NCBI RefSeq assembly: GCF_006345805.1
Contig: NC_043020.1
Coordinates: 4,340,001 to 4,404,000 of the forward strand
Direction of reading: 5' to 3'
From: Octopus sinensis
Taxonomy: Eukaryota
Length of the DNA stretch: 64,000 nucleotides
Below, piece after piece: positions 1 through 13,250 of this stretch. A model generated the notes under the pieces. It saw only the letters and a program-made list of their open reading frames with translations. It did no database searches and was not told where the DNA came from. The stretch's first letter is position 1. Every line of letters begins with the position of its first letter. The position numbers and the translations under genes are program-made.

Positions 1-30
<30 letters not shown>

Positions 31-32
<2 letters not shown>

Positions 33-152
33 TAGGTTTCCACACAGTTTCTGTCAGCCAAATTTACTCACAAGGCATTTGTTGGCCTGGGGTCAAGTGG
101 GACTGAACCTAAAACCACATGGTTACAAAGCAAGCTTCTTAAACAGACAGCA
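31..152 (-). mobile_element. Degenerate tRNA-headed SINE 5' part next to (AC)n
   Basis: The reverse complement of about 95-152 reads as a tRNA-like head with B-box-like GGTTCAGTCCC; a similar copy lies at about 35360-35510. Confidence 0.5.
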
Positions 153-170
153 ATGTCTGAGCCTATATAT

Positions 171-259
<89 letters not shown>

Positions 260-744
260 TTAAACTTACTTGGAAAAGGATGCATAGTGTTTGATCATAT
301 AATAATATATAAATATATGCATATATACATATATATATGTACATGCCTACATATATATGTATATATATATACATGCATAGATGGGTATAGGACATCAAAA
401 AAACGTTGAACACAATGAGAAACAAAAGCATAAAAACATAGAAAACAAACTTTTTTTTTAACAAAGAAAAAAACAGAGAAACAAGACATGCAACATAAAG
501 AACATTCCCCTTCGTCAGTTGCACCTGTCTCATCTGCTCTGCGTTTCGAAGGCAAAGACAATACACGACTTGATTGAAACAGTCCTTCCCGCAAAGCAAA
601 TTAAATAAAATTTGGGATTTTTTGCGGAGAGTGAAAGTGAAAACAAGAACAGGACAGTGAGAACAAAACAATAAAAACAAACGGTGAGGGCTGTTAAGCG
701 AAGATAATAGAAACATTATGAACGCTAGGAAGACGAACTTATGA

Positions 745-900
745 GAGGAGACAGGTAGTTAGGGTGTTGCACTCGTGATTGCAGGATCGTGTTTTCAATT
801 CTGAACCGGTTGGTTTGTTACATTCTTGAGTATAACACTTCATCTCGCATTGCTTTGCGGTCACTTCAATACCTGACATGTGGAACCCCGTGCATCTGTT
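745..900 (+). mobile_element. Degenerate tRNA-derived SINE (same family as 15787-16030)
   Basis: gtagttagggtgtt...gttttcaattc...ttcttgagtataacacttcatctc aligns by eye with 15787-15910. Confidence 0.45.
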
Positions 901-1051
901 CAGGCCATGTCCATTTTGATGGAGAGAGTTAGCTAATGTACAGCACAAGCATTTGATCGCTATAAACTCATCATTGGTGCAGGTTGTGCAGTAAGAAATT
1001 GTAGAATCACCATTTTCAGACTATGAGAGACTTCTATCAAATATAATTTAA

Positions 1052-1271
1052 CCCTTTAGCATTCAAACCAGCCATATCTGGCCAAAATATTTAACCTGTT
1101 TTATATTGAAACTGACCAGATCTCGCCTCTCACCTCAGCCCTACCATGTCATTCTAAAACTAAAAAATCACATCACTGAAATCTCTAAACTACAAGATAA
1201 TGCATGATTAATTCAAAGCAATATAAATAAACAAACATCACATTTGACAAAATAATCTGAACACTAAAGGG
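1052..1271. mobile_element. piggyBac-type MITE
   Basis: TTAA at 1048-1051 and 1272-1275; TIR CCCTTTAGCATTCA / TGAACACTAAAGGG (12/14 match). Confidence 0.85.
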
Positions 1272-1837
1272 TTAAAGATTTATCCCTGTCATATACTGCC
1301 CCCACCCACCACTCCTGATTCTACCTGTGAGTTACATTAAGAGAACTTAACTGAGAGATACTCAACCAATTACACACACAAGTTATAAAGTATTTCATTT
1401 AGACATTTTATGCATCTAATTTCTTTTCATTTGGTAAAAAAAAATCTTATTCTTGACTCCAAACTTATTGAAAAACTACTTTTTTCTTTTCATTTTTCTG
1501 TCTTTCTTCTTCTCCTTTGCCTCTCTCCACTGGTCGGCAATCAGTCATATTTTATTCTTGTCTCCCTGTGTAATTCACGTCCCACTATGTTGTTGCTGGT
1601 GGGGGTGGGGAATAACAGGAACTGTTTAAGCAGGACACAGTTCCTTCCTGTTCTTCATGTAATTTTATAAAAACACACCTGTAATTACAAAACACATTCT
1701 CAGCCTCAACTTTACAAAAGAGTGGTGGATGGAAGTGCCCTGACTCCCTCCTCTTACACTTAATTACCTTTCTTTACCTTTATATTTTATCATTCTTTAA
1801 TAAGGTGTATACATGTATATGTGTGCATGTATATATA

Positions 1838-1869
<32 letters not shown>

Positions 1870-2587
1870 CACCATCTCCAGTCAGTGGGATTAATTTACA
1901 CTTATAATAACCCCTGTAGCCTGAGCAAGGTCAGTTAGGGCAGTGTATGTATTATCTGCCCCTAGCGCTGTTGCTTGCATTTTATAATTATTATAATTTC
2001 TATTGTGGTTGGTTTTATTATTGTTATTATTAATATCGATGGTGGTGGGCACTTTTTAAATGGCTTACAAGGAAAAGCGTCACTGACTGGCTCCATTGTA
2101 ATTGCAGGCTTTTCTATTATACAGGAATGATAGTGACTCAGTCTACTCAGCTGTAAGTTGGTACCAGTGCATAGAAGGAACAGCTTGTTGAGTGTTCTGG
2201 AAGCTGGCACTGTTAAGTTCAAACCCCTCTTGAGGTACTGTTAGCATTCATTAAAGAGATATAATCAAAAGTGTTCCAGCTTCCACAATCCTGTTTGATT
2301 TGTATATCAGAGACCAGATTATCAGTGTGTGTGTGTGTATCTTTAAGCTGGTAGAATGTGATTTGGGAGAGATTTAGCTGCTATTTCTAAAAGTTTGAGC
2401 AACCACATAAGGGTGCCTTCCTTGCCTCAGCTATTCCTGTCTGTATACAGTATTGACAGAAGGAGCTAGAGGGAGAGGATTGTCTCCATCAAGCTGACCT
2501 GCTATGAGATGCTGCAGAAATGTGTCTGGCATCTTCAGTTTGATGTCCACTCTTCCATACTTGCATGGGCTGGACAGAATTTATTAA

Positions 2588-2790
2588 CCCTTTTGTTACC
2601 AACCCGGCTGAAACTGGATCTAGCTCTGAGTACAAATGTCTTGTTTTCATAAGTTTTTAATTAAAATCTTCCACCAAATCTTAGTTACAATTTATGTTCC
2701 TAATACTAGCTGAATGATAACGAAGTTATTTTAAATTCTTTGTTATATTTAATATTAATTGAAAGGAACACAAAGCATCTCAAAATAAAT
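2588..2790. mobile_element. One-ended piggyBac-like MITE
   Basis: TTAA+CCCTTTTGTTACC at the left end; matching right end not found. Confidence 0.4.
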
Positions 2791-3034
2791 ACAGTAGGCA
2801 GATTTTCTATGGCCAGCTACCCTTCTTGTCACCAACCATAACCTGTTTCCATGCAAGCTAATATTTCCGCATGGCTGAACATGATTTTGAAGAATATTGG
2901 AAATTAATGACACTGATTTACATCGACCACTTGATGTCAAAACAAAGAAACAGAAATAAACAAACCCCACCCCCACACAGGACAAGCTTCTTTCAGTTTC
3001 TGCGTGTGCGTATGTGTGTGTGTGTTTGTATGTA

Positions 3035-4238
3035 TTGGGTCATCCCATAAATAATGGGTTTTTTTTCATATTTCTTTAATCTTTCAAAATTAAGATATTC
3101 TTTTTTTAATCTAATATATACTCTCCTTCTTTTCTACAATGCTCTTCCATCTATCTGGTCAACTTGCAAAGCCTCTCTTCCAAAATTCACTTATCCAAGA
3201 TAAAAAATACTCCTCCAGTACTGTTCTGACCTCATCTACAGAATTCTTATTTTTTCCATCCAAATGATTCTTGAGACTGTTGAATAAATAATAATCAGTT
3301 AGGGTAATTAATGTCTGGCAAATATGGTAGGTGTGGCATCGTTTCCCATCCAAACTGCTCCGGCCTTTGGAATGTCATCCTTGCTGTATGTGGCCGAGCA
3401 TTATCCTGATGGAAGAATTCCTTTCATCTTCAAACCAAAGTAGATCTGCTTTGTTATCATTTGGTTTGGGTTTAAAAGTTCAAAGTGGACTAAACCTTTC
3501 TTATCCCACCAGAAGATAACAATACCTTACGTGGATGAAGACCATCTTTAGCCTGGGGTGTTGTGTTTCTCCTGTTGCTTGACATTTTTATAAAGAGCCC
3601 ATTTCTCATCACCAGTCTCTATTCAGTCCCAAAAATGGTTTATTCATGAGACATGATAGCAAAGAAGAGCATACATTCAATCTCTGCACAATTAGACTTG
3701 GAAAGTTTGTGAGGAACCGATTAATCCAATTTGCTGACTTTTCTGATAGCACGCAGGTGTTGATGAATGGTTCAATAATCAAATCCAAGCTTTTCTCTCA
3801 GTTCCTCAACAGTTATGATGGAATTTTGTTCCAAAGTTTGCCTTACGTCTCATTGAGTTCTACAGACCTTCCAGGATGAGGCTCGTCTTATAGGCTGTAG
3901 TTTCCGGCTTGAAATTTCTGGAGCCATCTTTGACACTGGCTTACGCTTATTGTCTGATCCCCATATACTGCATTAATATTCCTTGCACTTTCTGTTGTGT
4001 TGTTGCCTCTATTGAACAAACAAAAAATGCCGAATATGCTCCTTTGTCATTTCCATTATAACTTTGAAAAAATAACTGTAAAAATCGAACTGCTCTCTTC
4101 AAAACTTGCACTAAGAATAAGTAGAAGGTAAAATTGCTACCTGCTTTTATAGCAAGTTGATGCAGGTGGTTTATACCATCTCCTCCAACTTTTAGTTCAT
4201 GCAATGGAAGAAACCGCATTATTTATGGGATGACCCAA
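3035..4238 (-). mobile_element. Mariner (DD34D) transposon, near full length, transposase disrupted
   Basis: TIR TTGGGTCATCCCATAAATAATG at both ends, TA on the left (TC on the right). Minus-strand motifs TGDEKW (about 3600-3620), FHQDNARPHT (about 3385-3415) and DYYLF; stops and frameshifts. Confidence 0.9.
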
Positions 4239-4557
4239 TCATATGAGACACCATGGTTTTGATAATTAGTTCAGATGCCAATGTAGTAATGAACAAATAG
4301 TCACCTTCACAACCCTCCCACCTTTGACCCAGCAAAACATCCAGGTTTTGACAACTGGAATGTGAGAAGATTACACCATTATCTGGTTGTTACTTACTAC
4401 AACTGAGTAGACTGAAGCAACAGGAAATAAGATTCCTTACTCAAAGATTCAATGCACAACCTGGTTTAGAAGTCATCTGTGACCCATATGATCAGGATTT
4501 GAACATCTTAACCACTCAGCCCCATGCCTTCATTTTAAAATGTATTCTCTAGAAGTC

Positions 4558-4596
<39 letters not shown>

Positions 4597-5341
4597 ATAT
4601 GTAAAAGAGTGTATATAAAATATATAAGAAAAGGTATGGCAAGATAGTAACAAATGCGAAACTGGCCAAAGAAGTGCAACTGATATGGTCCTAAATCCAT
4701 TTTGTTACTAGGTGTCTTCCTCAATGAGAGATGACCAAGGCTAAGCAGAAGCTGCTACCTACAATCAATATCCGACCAACAAAGAATTCAGTTCCTCTCT
4801 TCGGACCAGATTCTTGCTTTTGATACTTGTTTCAGTAGCAACACTGAAGTCTTCAGAAACTATTAAAGTTAATATTAATTTCTCACTGATTATGTAGCAA
4901 ATGATTTTTGTTGTTATTGAAATTTTGGGTACTCTCTCTCTCGCACATTCACACACACATATCGATGGCATTTACTGGACAGTCTGTGAAACAGACAAAA
5001 TTGGATGTACAAAATAGGAAATGCAAAATATGTTAAAGAATATTGCAAAGTCTACTAATTAGTACCAAATATATTCAAATATTGACCACACATTGATATA
5101 AATCAGAGCCATACAAAATACATTGAAATCTAATTGTAACTCATAGATACAGCCACGTGGGGACAAAGTTCATAGTTTTGATTCCCTGACACCATGCCTT
5201 GGCTAAGACTTTTCTTATGTAAACTCTTGTCCAACAAGGTCTTGTGAGTGACCTTTCATTGACAGAAACTAGACAAAAGCCTCTGTGAGAGAGAGAGAGA
5301 AACAGTCTAGTAAGAAAATATATTTTCAATATTTGACTCTG

Positions 5342-5826
5342 TTTTATATTACTAGCTTTACATAGGGCCCGAGCATTTTATCTTACTAGCTTCACTTAGG
5401 GCCAAATATTTTATCTTACTAGCTTTACATAGGCCAAGTATTTTATCTTACTAGCTTTACATAGGCCCAAGTATTTTATCTTACTAGCTTTACATAGGCC
5501 CAAATATTTTATCTTACTAGCTTTACATTGGCCCAAGTATTTTATCTTACTAGCTTTACATAGGCCCAAATATTTTATCTTACTAGCTTTACATTGGCCC
5601 AAGTATTTTATCTTACTAGCTTTACATAGGCCCAAGTATTTTATCTTACTAGCTTTACATAGGCCCAAGTATTTTATCTTACTAGCTTTACATAGGCCCA
5701 AGTATTTTATCTTACTAGCTTTACATAGGCCCAAGTATTTTATCTTACTAGCTTTACATAGGCCCAAGTATTTTATATTACTAGCTTCACTTAGGGCCAA
5801 ATATTTTATATTACTAGCTTCACATT
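5342..5826. repeat. 33-bp minisatellite, about 14.5 units (TATTTTATCTTACTAGCTTTACATAGGCCCAAG)
   Basis: Direct reading; gives the LCKASKIKYLG repeat ORF on the - strand. Confidence 0.95.
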
Positions 5827-7659
5827 GCGTTAATTTTTCCCCTGCATTTTTTGCTTGTACTGTGACTACATGAGTCAAAAGTGACTTTACTTTAAATTTC
5901 TGTAATAGTTTGCTTTTGTGTTTGCTTCAAATAATTGGTTCATTTGGTAATATAATACGAGGAACAGGCTATACATCAAATACAACCCTATTTGTCAATA
6001 GTTTATGATGCTGAGAATTAACTTTTTTCTTTTGTTTCATTATTACCAATTCCCAAATTGCTATTATTAATGTTGTTCTAACTCTACAATAATGGTTAAA
6101 TGTGCTGTATTCAGCATAAATGGTTTTCTGTTCAAATGCAACTTAGAGACATGCTTCTAGTTAACAGCTGCTGTTGAAGACATTCCTGGTTAATTTGCTC
6201 AGGAAATTCTGGGAAGTTTTCAGTAATTCGATTGGCATATTCCATTGGCAGAAGTTTCTTCAATCTGTAAAATCATTGTAAATGTGAAGTGCCAACTGTC
6301 TCTAGTAATCAGATTTTTTAATTTTCTTTATGTTTACATTCTATAAAATAGTTCGAGTTTGGCTTCACTACAGAGGGTCCCTGAAAACTTTGCTCCTGGA
6401 TTAGTGAAATTCATTTGGTTGATGTTCAGTTTCAGTAGCTGCAAGTAAGCATCAGCAGGAAAACTCATTGCAATAGAGGAATTCCAGCAGATAAAGGTTT
6501 TGGAGAAGAACTGACTGATGGAGTGACATATTTAGTGCAGGATCTGGCCAATGCAACACAGTAAGGGCAGAAATAAGAATAGTTGGGTCAAGTCCACCTG
6601 GTTGAGGAAGGGTCAGTACCTTGTTCAGAGGAGCAGAAAAACTTGTTGAAGTGTATGTGAGGGAGAGAGGAAAACTGTCTGTGTGCCAGGGATTGTAGTG
6701 TGTTGATAAAATAAGTTGGGTGGCCTTTTTTGGATTCAACCTGAGATGGTTGTATGTTGTAGTATTTACAACAGCAACAATCCTGGATTTTTTGTTGTTT
6801 TACCACTGTTCATCCTTGATTGAGCAGACTTATGATCTGAGATTCCAGATATGACTTCCTCATCTTTTGTGTGTGGGGAGTTCAGAATCATGTCTAGGTT
6901 TTTTTGTTTTGTTTTTTTTTTCCTGTTAAAAGAATCAGTGTGATTTGAAGGAGGTCAAGTGACCACATTGATTCTGGTGTTGGCTCAATTCCTTGATAGG
7001 TAAGCAAGGAGTTTGTAGTGTTCCTTTGCCAGTCAACTGGATGTCCTTCATGCTGGTGTTTGGGTGTGCAGCTGCTTCTCTTGTAGATGTGTACAGTGCT
7101 CCCAGAGGATTGTACAGCCTCTGAAAAATGCTTCAGGATTATTGATGACTTCCCATTCTCATACAGTAACATTATTTTCCAGAATCTGGTTGCTACCCCC
7201 AAAACCTCTTTCTTGCTTTGAACCCCTAGCTCATTAGTGGGGAACCTTTTTATGTTGGAATGCACATTCAAGTGAACTTCTCTCAGTCAACATTGCATTT
7301 CAAAAAAAAAATTTACTTATATTACAAGCAAGTGTGTGTTTGTGTGTGTGTACTCGTGCACGTTAGTGTATATGTAAGATGTATAATATTTAAACTGCTA
7401 AATCTGAAATGTTTTCAGGGCCAACACAGTTCTCATAGAAAATTTTCTTTGGTCTGTCCTACTATCTAAGTTGATGGCCTTTGAGAGTGGATTTCAAAAA
7501 ATAGGCTCCAGGAGCTAAATTCCTTGTATTTGTATGTGTTACTGTCAGGTGTGTGTGTTTGTGTGTATAAGACAAGTGAGATGAATGCTGTTAGTGTTCA
7601 GGTTGAGATGTTTGCAAGTTAACATCTGTGAGAAAGACGAGCAGGCAAGAGCTTCCAGG

Positions 7660-8180
7660 GGAGCAATATTCTGGAAATGAAAACTTAGGATTTGGAGGTT
7701 AGTTTAGGGTAAGAGTGGTTGAGTAGTGAGAGATGGATTCAGTGGGGATTGGGGGTACTTGTATGATGGAGGTACAAGAGCAAATAGATGGGAAGAGCTG
7801 AGGCTATTTTAGTAGCAACAGGAAAGACAGGGAATGGAACCTGAGATTGGAGTGTGTCCACTAAGAATTGTACCAATCCAACAAATAACGCTGCTCTGGA
7901 TGCAATCCAGGATATTTGTATACATAGCACCGTCTCACATATGAGGGCAGTACTCCATTGTGGGTCCTATTTGAGTGTTTTAGAGTACCAGCAGTTGTTA
8001 GGAGCTGAAATATCTTCTGGCCTTAAAGAGAAGGCTCAGTCTTTGAGATGCAGTCCTGGCTATAGTATGTGCTTTTACCAGAGGAAATCTTTTCTTGATA
8101 GCAAGGCCCATCATATGAGTATCTCTGGTGGCTCAAGTTCAGTGCTACTCCTGGTTAGAGGAGGTGCAGCATGGTGATGG
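7660..8180 (-). mobile_element. Decayed CR1-group LINE, post-RT C-terminal fragment
   Basis: Minus-strand translation SQRLSLLFKARRYFSS*QLLVL*NTQIGPTMEYCPHM resembles the LYKxxIRPxLEY motif. Confidence 0.6.
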
Positions 8181-8345
8181 TTATATACTATCAGTTCTAC
8201 ACATGAGCATACATGTGTGTGCCTCTGTGTATGTGTATATGCATTTGTATGTGTACGTATGGATATTTATATAGTAATGTAAAAGTATCAATAATATATT
8301 TTACATAGTGCAAACATCTGGTATAGAACTCATGTTGAGTACAGT

Positions 8346-8385
<40 letters not shown>

Positions 8386-8440
8386 TGAGTGGACAAATGA
8401 AAGAAAGGGCATTCAACACATTTATTGGGAGTCAATTGTA

Positions 8441-8574
8441 TTATTCAAAACAGTTTCAGATTCTGTGCTACTTCAAGTTTTGCAAGCCCTTAATGGAGCC
8501 TGAGGAGACAGGCTCTGTTAGGGGCTTGCAAAATTTGAAGTAGCACAGAATCCAAATCAAACTGTTTTGAATAA
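8441..8574. repeat. 134-bp foldback palindrome (MITE-like)
   Basis: TTATTCAAAACAGTTT..GATTCTGTGCTACTTCAAGTTTTGCAAGCCC and its near-perfect reverse complement, with a small central GAGCCTG/CAGGCTC hairpin. Confidence 0.85.
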
Positions 8575-8791
8575 CATATCAAAGTCGATAGCTGTGGAAG
8601 AGAGAAAAATCTGGAGTTTATCCAGGGTTCAGTTGGAGTTAGAAATATCAAAGTGGATTGACTGTGAATTATGGGAGGAAATGTCTATAAACAATATTTT
8701 TAGGTGTGTATGGTATAGAAGCTGGAACTAAATTAAGCCATTATAATTTCCCTCGTGTATGTATGTATGTGGGTATATACATATGTATACA

Positions 8792-8853
<62 letters not shown>

Positions 8854-8879
8854 TTATGTATATCTCCCCCACTCTTCTG

Positions 8880-9720
8880 TTTGTGCATGCCTAGTTTGCC
8901 ATCTTTTACAATCCTTTTCACAAGCTGGAATGGACTGAACAGGTTTCACTACATTTTACTATTAATCATGGCCACTCTGACCTGCACAACAATTAAGACA
9001 AGTCCTTTTCTTTGTATCCTTCAGCCTTTTGCCATGCTTTTAAACAGCCAGATGCAGTTTCTATCACCAACCATTGTACTGTTCTAGTTGTATTTTATCA
9101 TACTGTCAACTCTTGAGACTTTCTCTGGAAGCATTAAACTATTATTTCAACCCAGCAGTTTTTATTTTCGGGTTCATAGTGGCACCCTTTAAGTAACTTC
9201 TCTATCCTGGATCTGATTTTATTCAAGTTTCTGCCATTCTTCAACTTATGGAATCCACTTTAGGAATCTTTCCATTTACCATTTGGTTTGTTTGAGTGAT
9301 CTGCACAATAAAGTTGTGCTGTAGACTTCTTGGAAGAAGATGAAGTTTGTCTTTAGGCTGGGGAAGAAGGAGTGCAAGGGTTGCAAGTGTATTCCCTAAA
9401 ACTTTTGAGGGACAATGAAAATGCTTTGAACCTCCTGGGTTGGACCTAAGTTTGCACCCACTTAGCAAATTTCCTTCCCATATTTTGTCTACTCTTTTTA
9501 GATTGACTGAGGGAACTTTGATTTATGGAAATTTATTTAGGAGATAAGGCAGTGCAACCTTTTACAGATCCCTAAATACTGGAGGGAGGAAGACATCCTT
9601 AAACTGGATATGTAGCTTGAATGTTTTTAACTGAATGAACTTCCCCAAAAGGTATCCAATGTTGGATTAAGTCCCTTACACAAGATGTCAAAATGATGGA
9701 TGGAGATAGAGGGATGTGAA
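8880..9720 (-). mobile_element. Highly decayed CR1-group LINE RT fragment
   Basis: Residual similarity to RT motifs (QMVNGKIPKVDSIS, FNAS, VKP); many stops. Confidence 0.4.
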
Positions 9721-9759
9721 CTGGTTGTGAGTGGAGTAGCCATTATACTGTGTGAGAGT

Positions 9760-10760
9760 ATCATTATCATCATCATTGTTTAACGTCCGCTTTCCATGCT
9801 AGCATGGGTTGGACGGTTTGACTGAGGGCTGGCAAACCAGATGGCTGCACCAGACTCCAATCTGATCTGGCAGAGTTTCTACAGCTGAATGCCCTTCCTA
9901 ACACCAACCACTCCGAGAGTGTAGTGGGTGCTTTTACATGCCACCAGCACGAGGGCCAGTCAGGCGGTACTGGCAATGACCATGCTCAAATGGTGCTTTT
10001 TGTGTGCCACCTGCACAGGAGCCAGTCCTGCGGCACTGGCAATGACCTCACTCGAATGTTTTTTCACGTGCCACCAACACAAGTGCTAGTAAGGTGACTC
10101 AGGTAACGATCACACTCGAATGGTGCTTTTTATGTGCCACCGGCACAGAGGCCAGTTTGCTGCTCTGGCAATGATCATGCTCGGATGGTACTCTTAGCAC
10201 TCCACTAGCACGGATGCCAGTCATCGAATTTGATTTTGATTTCACTTGCCTCTACAGGTCTTCACAAGCAGAGTTTAGTGTCCAATGAAGGAAAGGTACT
10301 CATAAGTGGGCTGGTTACACCCTTGGCATAGGCCACAAGGTTATGGTCTCACTTGGGCTTGCCAAATCTTCTCAAGCACAGGTCCCAGTCACTAGTCATT
10401 GCCTCGGTGAGGCCCAGTGTTTGAAGGTCATGCTTCACCACCTCATCCTAGGTCTTCCTGAGTCTGCCTCTTCTACAGGTTCCCTCAACTGCTAGGATGT
10501 GGCACTTTTTCACACAGCTATCCACATCCATTCTCACCACATGGCCATACCAGCGTAGTCGTCTCTCTTGCACACCACAACTGATGCTTCTTAGGTCCAA
10601 CTTTTCTCTCAAGGTACTTACACTGACATTACACATCCATCGGAGCATGCTGGCTTCGTTCCCTGTGAGCTTACGCATGTCCTCAGCAGTCCGTGTTTCA
10701 CTGCCATGTAGCATGGCTGTTTCGTACACATGCGTCATACAGTCTGCCTTTTACTTATTA
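9760..10760 (-). mobile_element. RTE-clade LINE 3' end (ORF C-terminus, hairpin-array 3' UTR, (GAT)n tail)
   Basis: ORF 10448-10738 has AMLHGSET, MLRWMC, RLRWYGHV, RGRLRKT; the tail tcatcattgtttaacgtcc is shared with other copies. Confidence 0.88.
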
Positions 10761-11284
10761 ACATTTAACATTCATGTTGCTCTGCTTTGGCATAGTTTCT
10801 ATGGCTGAGTGCCTTTCATAATGCCAATCACTTCACCGTGTGCACAAGGTGCTTTTTTCATGCTACCATTGCTAGTGAGGTCACCATGCAACTCACAAGA
10901 CTACAAAGCCTAAGGAGAAAGGAGATGGGCTTCATATGAGGAGATGAGAGGATGGAATATGAAAGAGGGGGTGGGGATGAGCGGGAGCTGCAAATCCAGG
11001 TGACCCTTCAAGGTATGAGGGATGAGTAAAAGGGGTTGGGAGGGAGCAAGAGATGGGAAGATAGGAGGTAGGCAACAAATTTTAAAGATTGGGTAGGATT
11101 GAAGGGTGGATGTAGAAATGATGGTTGACCAATGATGCATGAATTGGGGAATGTAGAGGGATGTAGAAGAGGACAGAGGAGAGTAGCAGGACAATAGTAT
11201 TAGTAGTAATGGTGATAGAGTTTACAGGAAGGGTGAGGGAGATGATGTGGTTGGGTAGACTACAGGAGAGGAGCAGGTGTAGTG

Positions 11285-11520
11285 CATCATCATTATCGTT
11301 TAATGTCAGCCTTCCATGCTGGCATGGGTGGAACAGTTTGACAGGAGCAAGCCAGGCTTCTGCGACTGTTTTGGCAGGATTTTTACAGCTGGCACAGGCA
11401 AGGTCAGCTTTGGCAAGGTTTTTACAGCTGGATGCCCTTCCAAATGCCAAACACTTTACAGTGTGGACTGGATGCTTTTTAAGTGGCACCTGCACTGACA
11501 GGGTCACCAAGTAACCTGCA
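11285..11520 (-). mobile_element. RTE-related 3' tail fragment
   Basis: tcatcattatcgtttaatgtc..ccatgctggcatggg..cagctggatgcccttcc matches the RTE tail. Confidence 0.65.
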
Positions 11521-11889
11521 AGACAAAGAACCTTTGAGAGGGGAAGGGGGCACTGGAGGAGGTGATCTTGTGTCAGATGATGAACGGTTATAGTGAGACA
11601 GAGAGACAGAAACAGGTGTCTTGCTGTTGAGGAGGTACAAGGTTACCTGGCTGGGGGGAGGGAGAGAGAGAGAGGGAGATCAGGAAGGAAGACAGAAACA
11701 GGTGTGCTGTTGCAAGAGATTATTTGGTAACTCATGTGGAGGGGAGAAAGAATCACCAACATGGATGATGAATGCTAAAGAAATAGTTCAGAGAGAGAGA
11801 TAATGGTCAGGTAGATGTTCAGAGGAAATGAGGCAAGGTGCACATTTGTGCATGTATATACACTCATTGCTTCCAGAAGTTGGTCTCAC

Positions 11890-12200
11890 TGAGATGGGTG
11901 AGTCTTCTTGAGAACTCCATATTGACAAGCATACTGTTCCTTTGAGATCACCTCCGAAGCTGAGATTGACCTTTACCACTTCATCCCATGTCTTTCTGGA
12001 CCTCTGTCTTCCGTAGGCTCTCGCCATATTAAGTGATCAGCACTTCTTTATACAGCTGTCCTTCTTCATATGCATCACATGCCCATACAGTGCAGCCTGC
12101 TCTCTTGCATTCTTCCTCTAATTCTTCTTATTCTCAGCTTTTCTCTCAGCACATTTACATCGTCTACACACACTTACATTGCCCATCCAGTGGAGCATGA
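11890..12200 (-). mobile_element. RTE ORF C-terminal fragment
   Basis: GRQRSRKTWDEVVK, matching the GRPRKTWDEVVK-type end of the other copies. Confidence 0.6.
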
Positions 12201-13250
12201 TTGCTTCATTTCCCTCTAGTTTCCTCAAGGCCTATATCTCATTACCATGCAGCATTTCAGTTCTAACCACAAGCCTCACAGAATCTTTATATACATTTAC
12301 ATACTAACTGAATATCCCATCGTTGCTGGGTAATTTTCACCCCAGAATATGCCTTGACTCACTTTCAGATTAGTACACTCATCTAAGTTTAATTTTCTGC
12401 TTTGACAGAGATTTTTCCCTATTTTTTCCATTACTCCCTTGCAACAAATGAGGGTGGGGAAGATTTTTATGAAAAAAAAAAGCTTTGAAAATTTATTACT
12501 CTACCCCTTTCTCTTCCAGACTGATTTTGTCCTTTTTTTTTTTTTTGCACTATGCACTTAAAAACAATGTGAAATGCCTTGTCAGTAACAAAAAAAAAAT
12601 TGTGATAATTTATGACTATTTTCACCCCCACCCCCCATTCATTACCAATTTGCCTTTTTTTTTTTTTTTTTTTTTTTTTGCACTACACACTTAAAGTGAT
12701 GAGAGAGAAGCCTTGAAGATTAAAAGAAAAAAAAAAAAAAAGCGATCACTATAACAATCTCCACTTCCTTTATTTTCAAACAGAAAATGAAATGTAATTA
12801 AAATATGATGGTGAAATCTTTGTCTAATCTTTTCATTAACCAACTCTCTATAAAGCATAAAATTTCAGCTGTTTTCTTTTTGTAATCATAGTTTTAAAAT
12901 AGGGACTGTCTTAATCTGCAATTTGTTTCTGTTTATAATTTCAAAATCATTTTCAAATAAAAATATGTGTGATTTAAGGAAGATTTAGCTGTTGTTTCGA
13001 GCGCATCTGACGATCCCCACCTGGTATCTCCCTATTTCCTTTGTCACCCTGACATGTACTGATAATTTTCATCGTTTTCCTACCCATAAACATGTATGGA
13101 ATGGTGCAGCAGTCCAATGCTGGGATTTAAGCAACAACAACAACAACAAAAGTTTTGTAATTTAAATTTTTAACCCTGACCCTGCATCAAGCAAGTCTGT
13201 GTGTATGTAAGAAAAAACATGCTTACTAAGAGAAAAGTATACTATTAAAA

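Noticed and set aside
505-556. Type II hammerhead on the - strand (CCUUCGAAAC...CUGACGAAGG)
   Set aside because: Core words are present, but no UH triplet in register and no stem I or III could be built; probably a decayed PLE-type end.
6300-7270. Coding exon or identifiable retroelement (ORFs 6452-6739, 6894-7271)
   Set aside because: GC-richer and probably old transposon sequence, but I recognise no motif well enough to call it.
9930-10230. CRISPR-like repeat-spacer array
   Set aside because: Eukaryotic intron, no cas genes, linkers are homologous to each other, and the units sit in an RTE 3' UTR.
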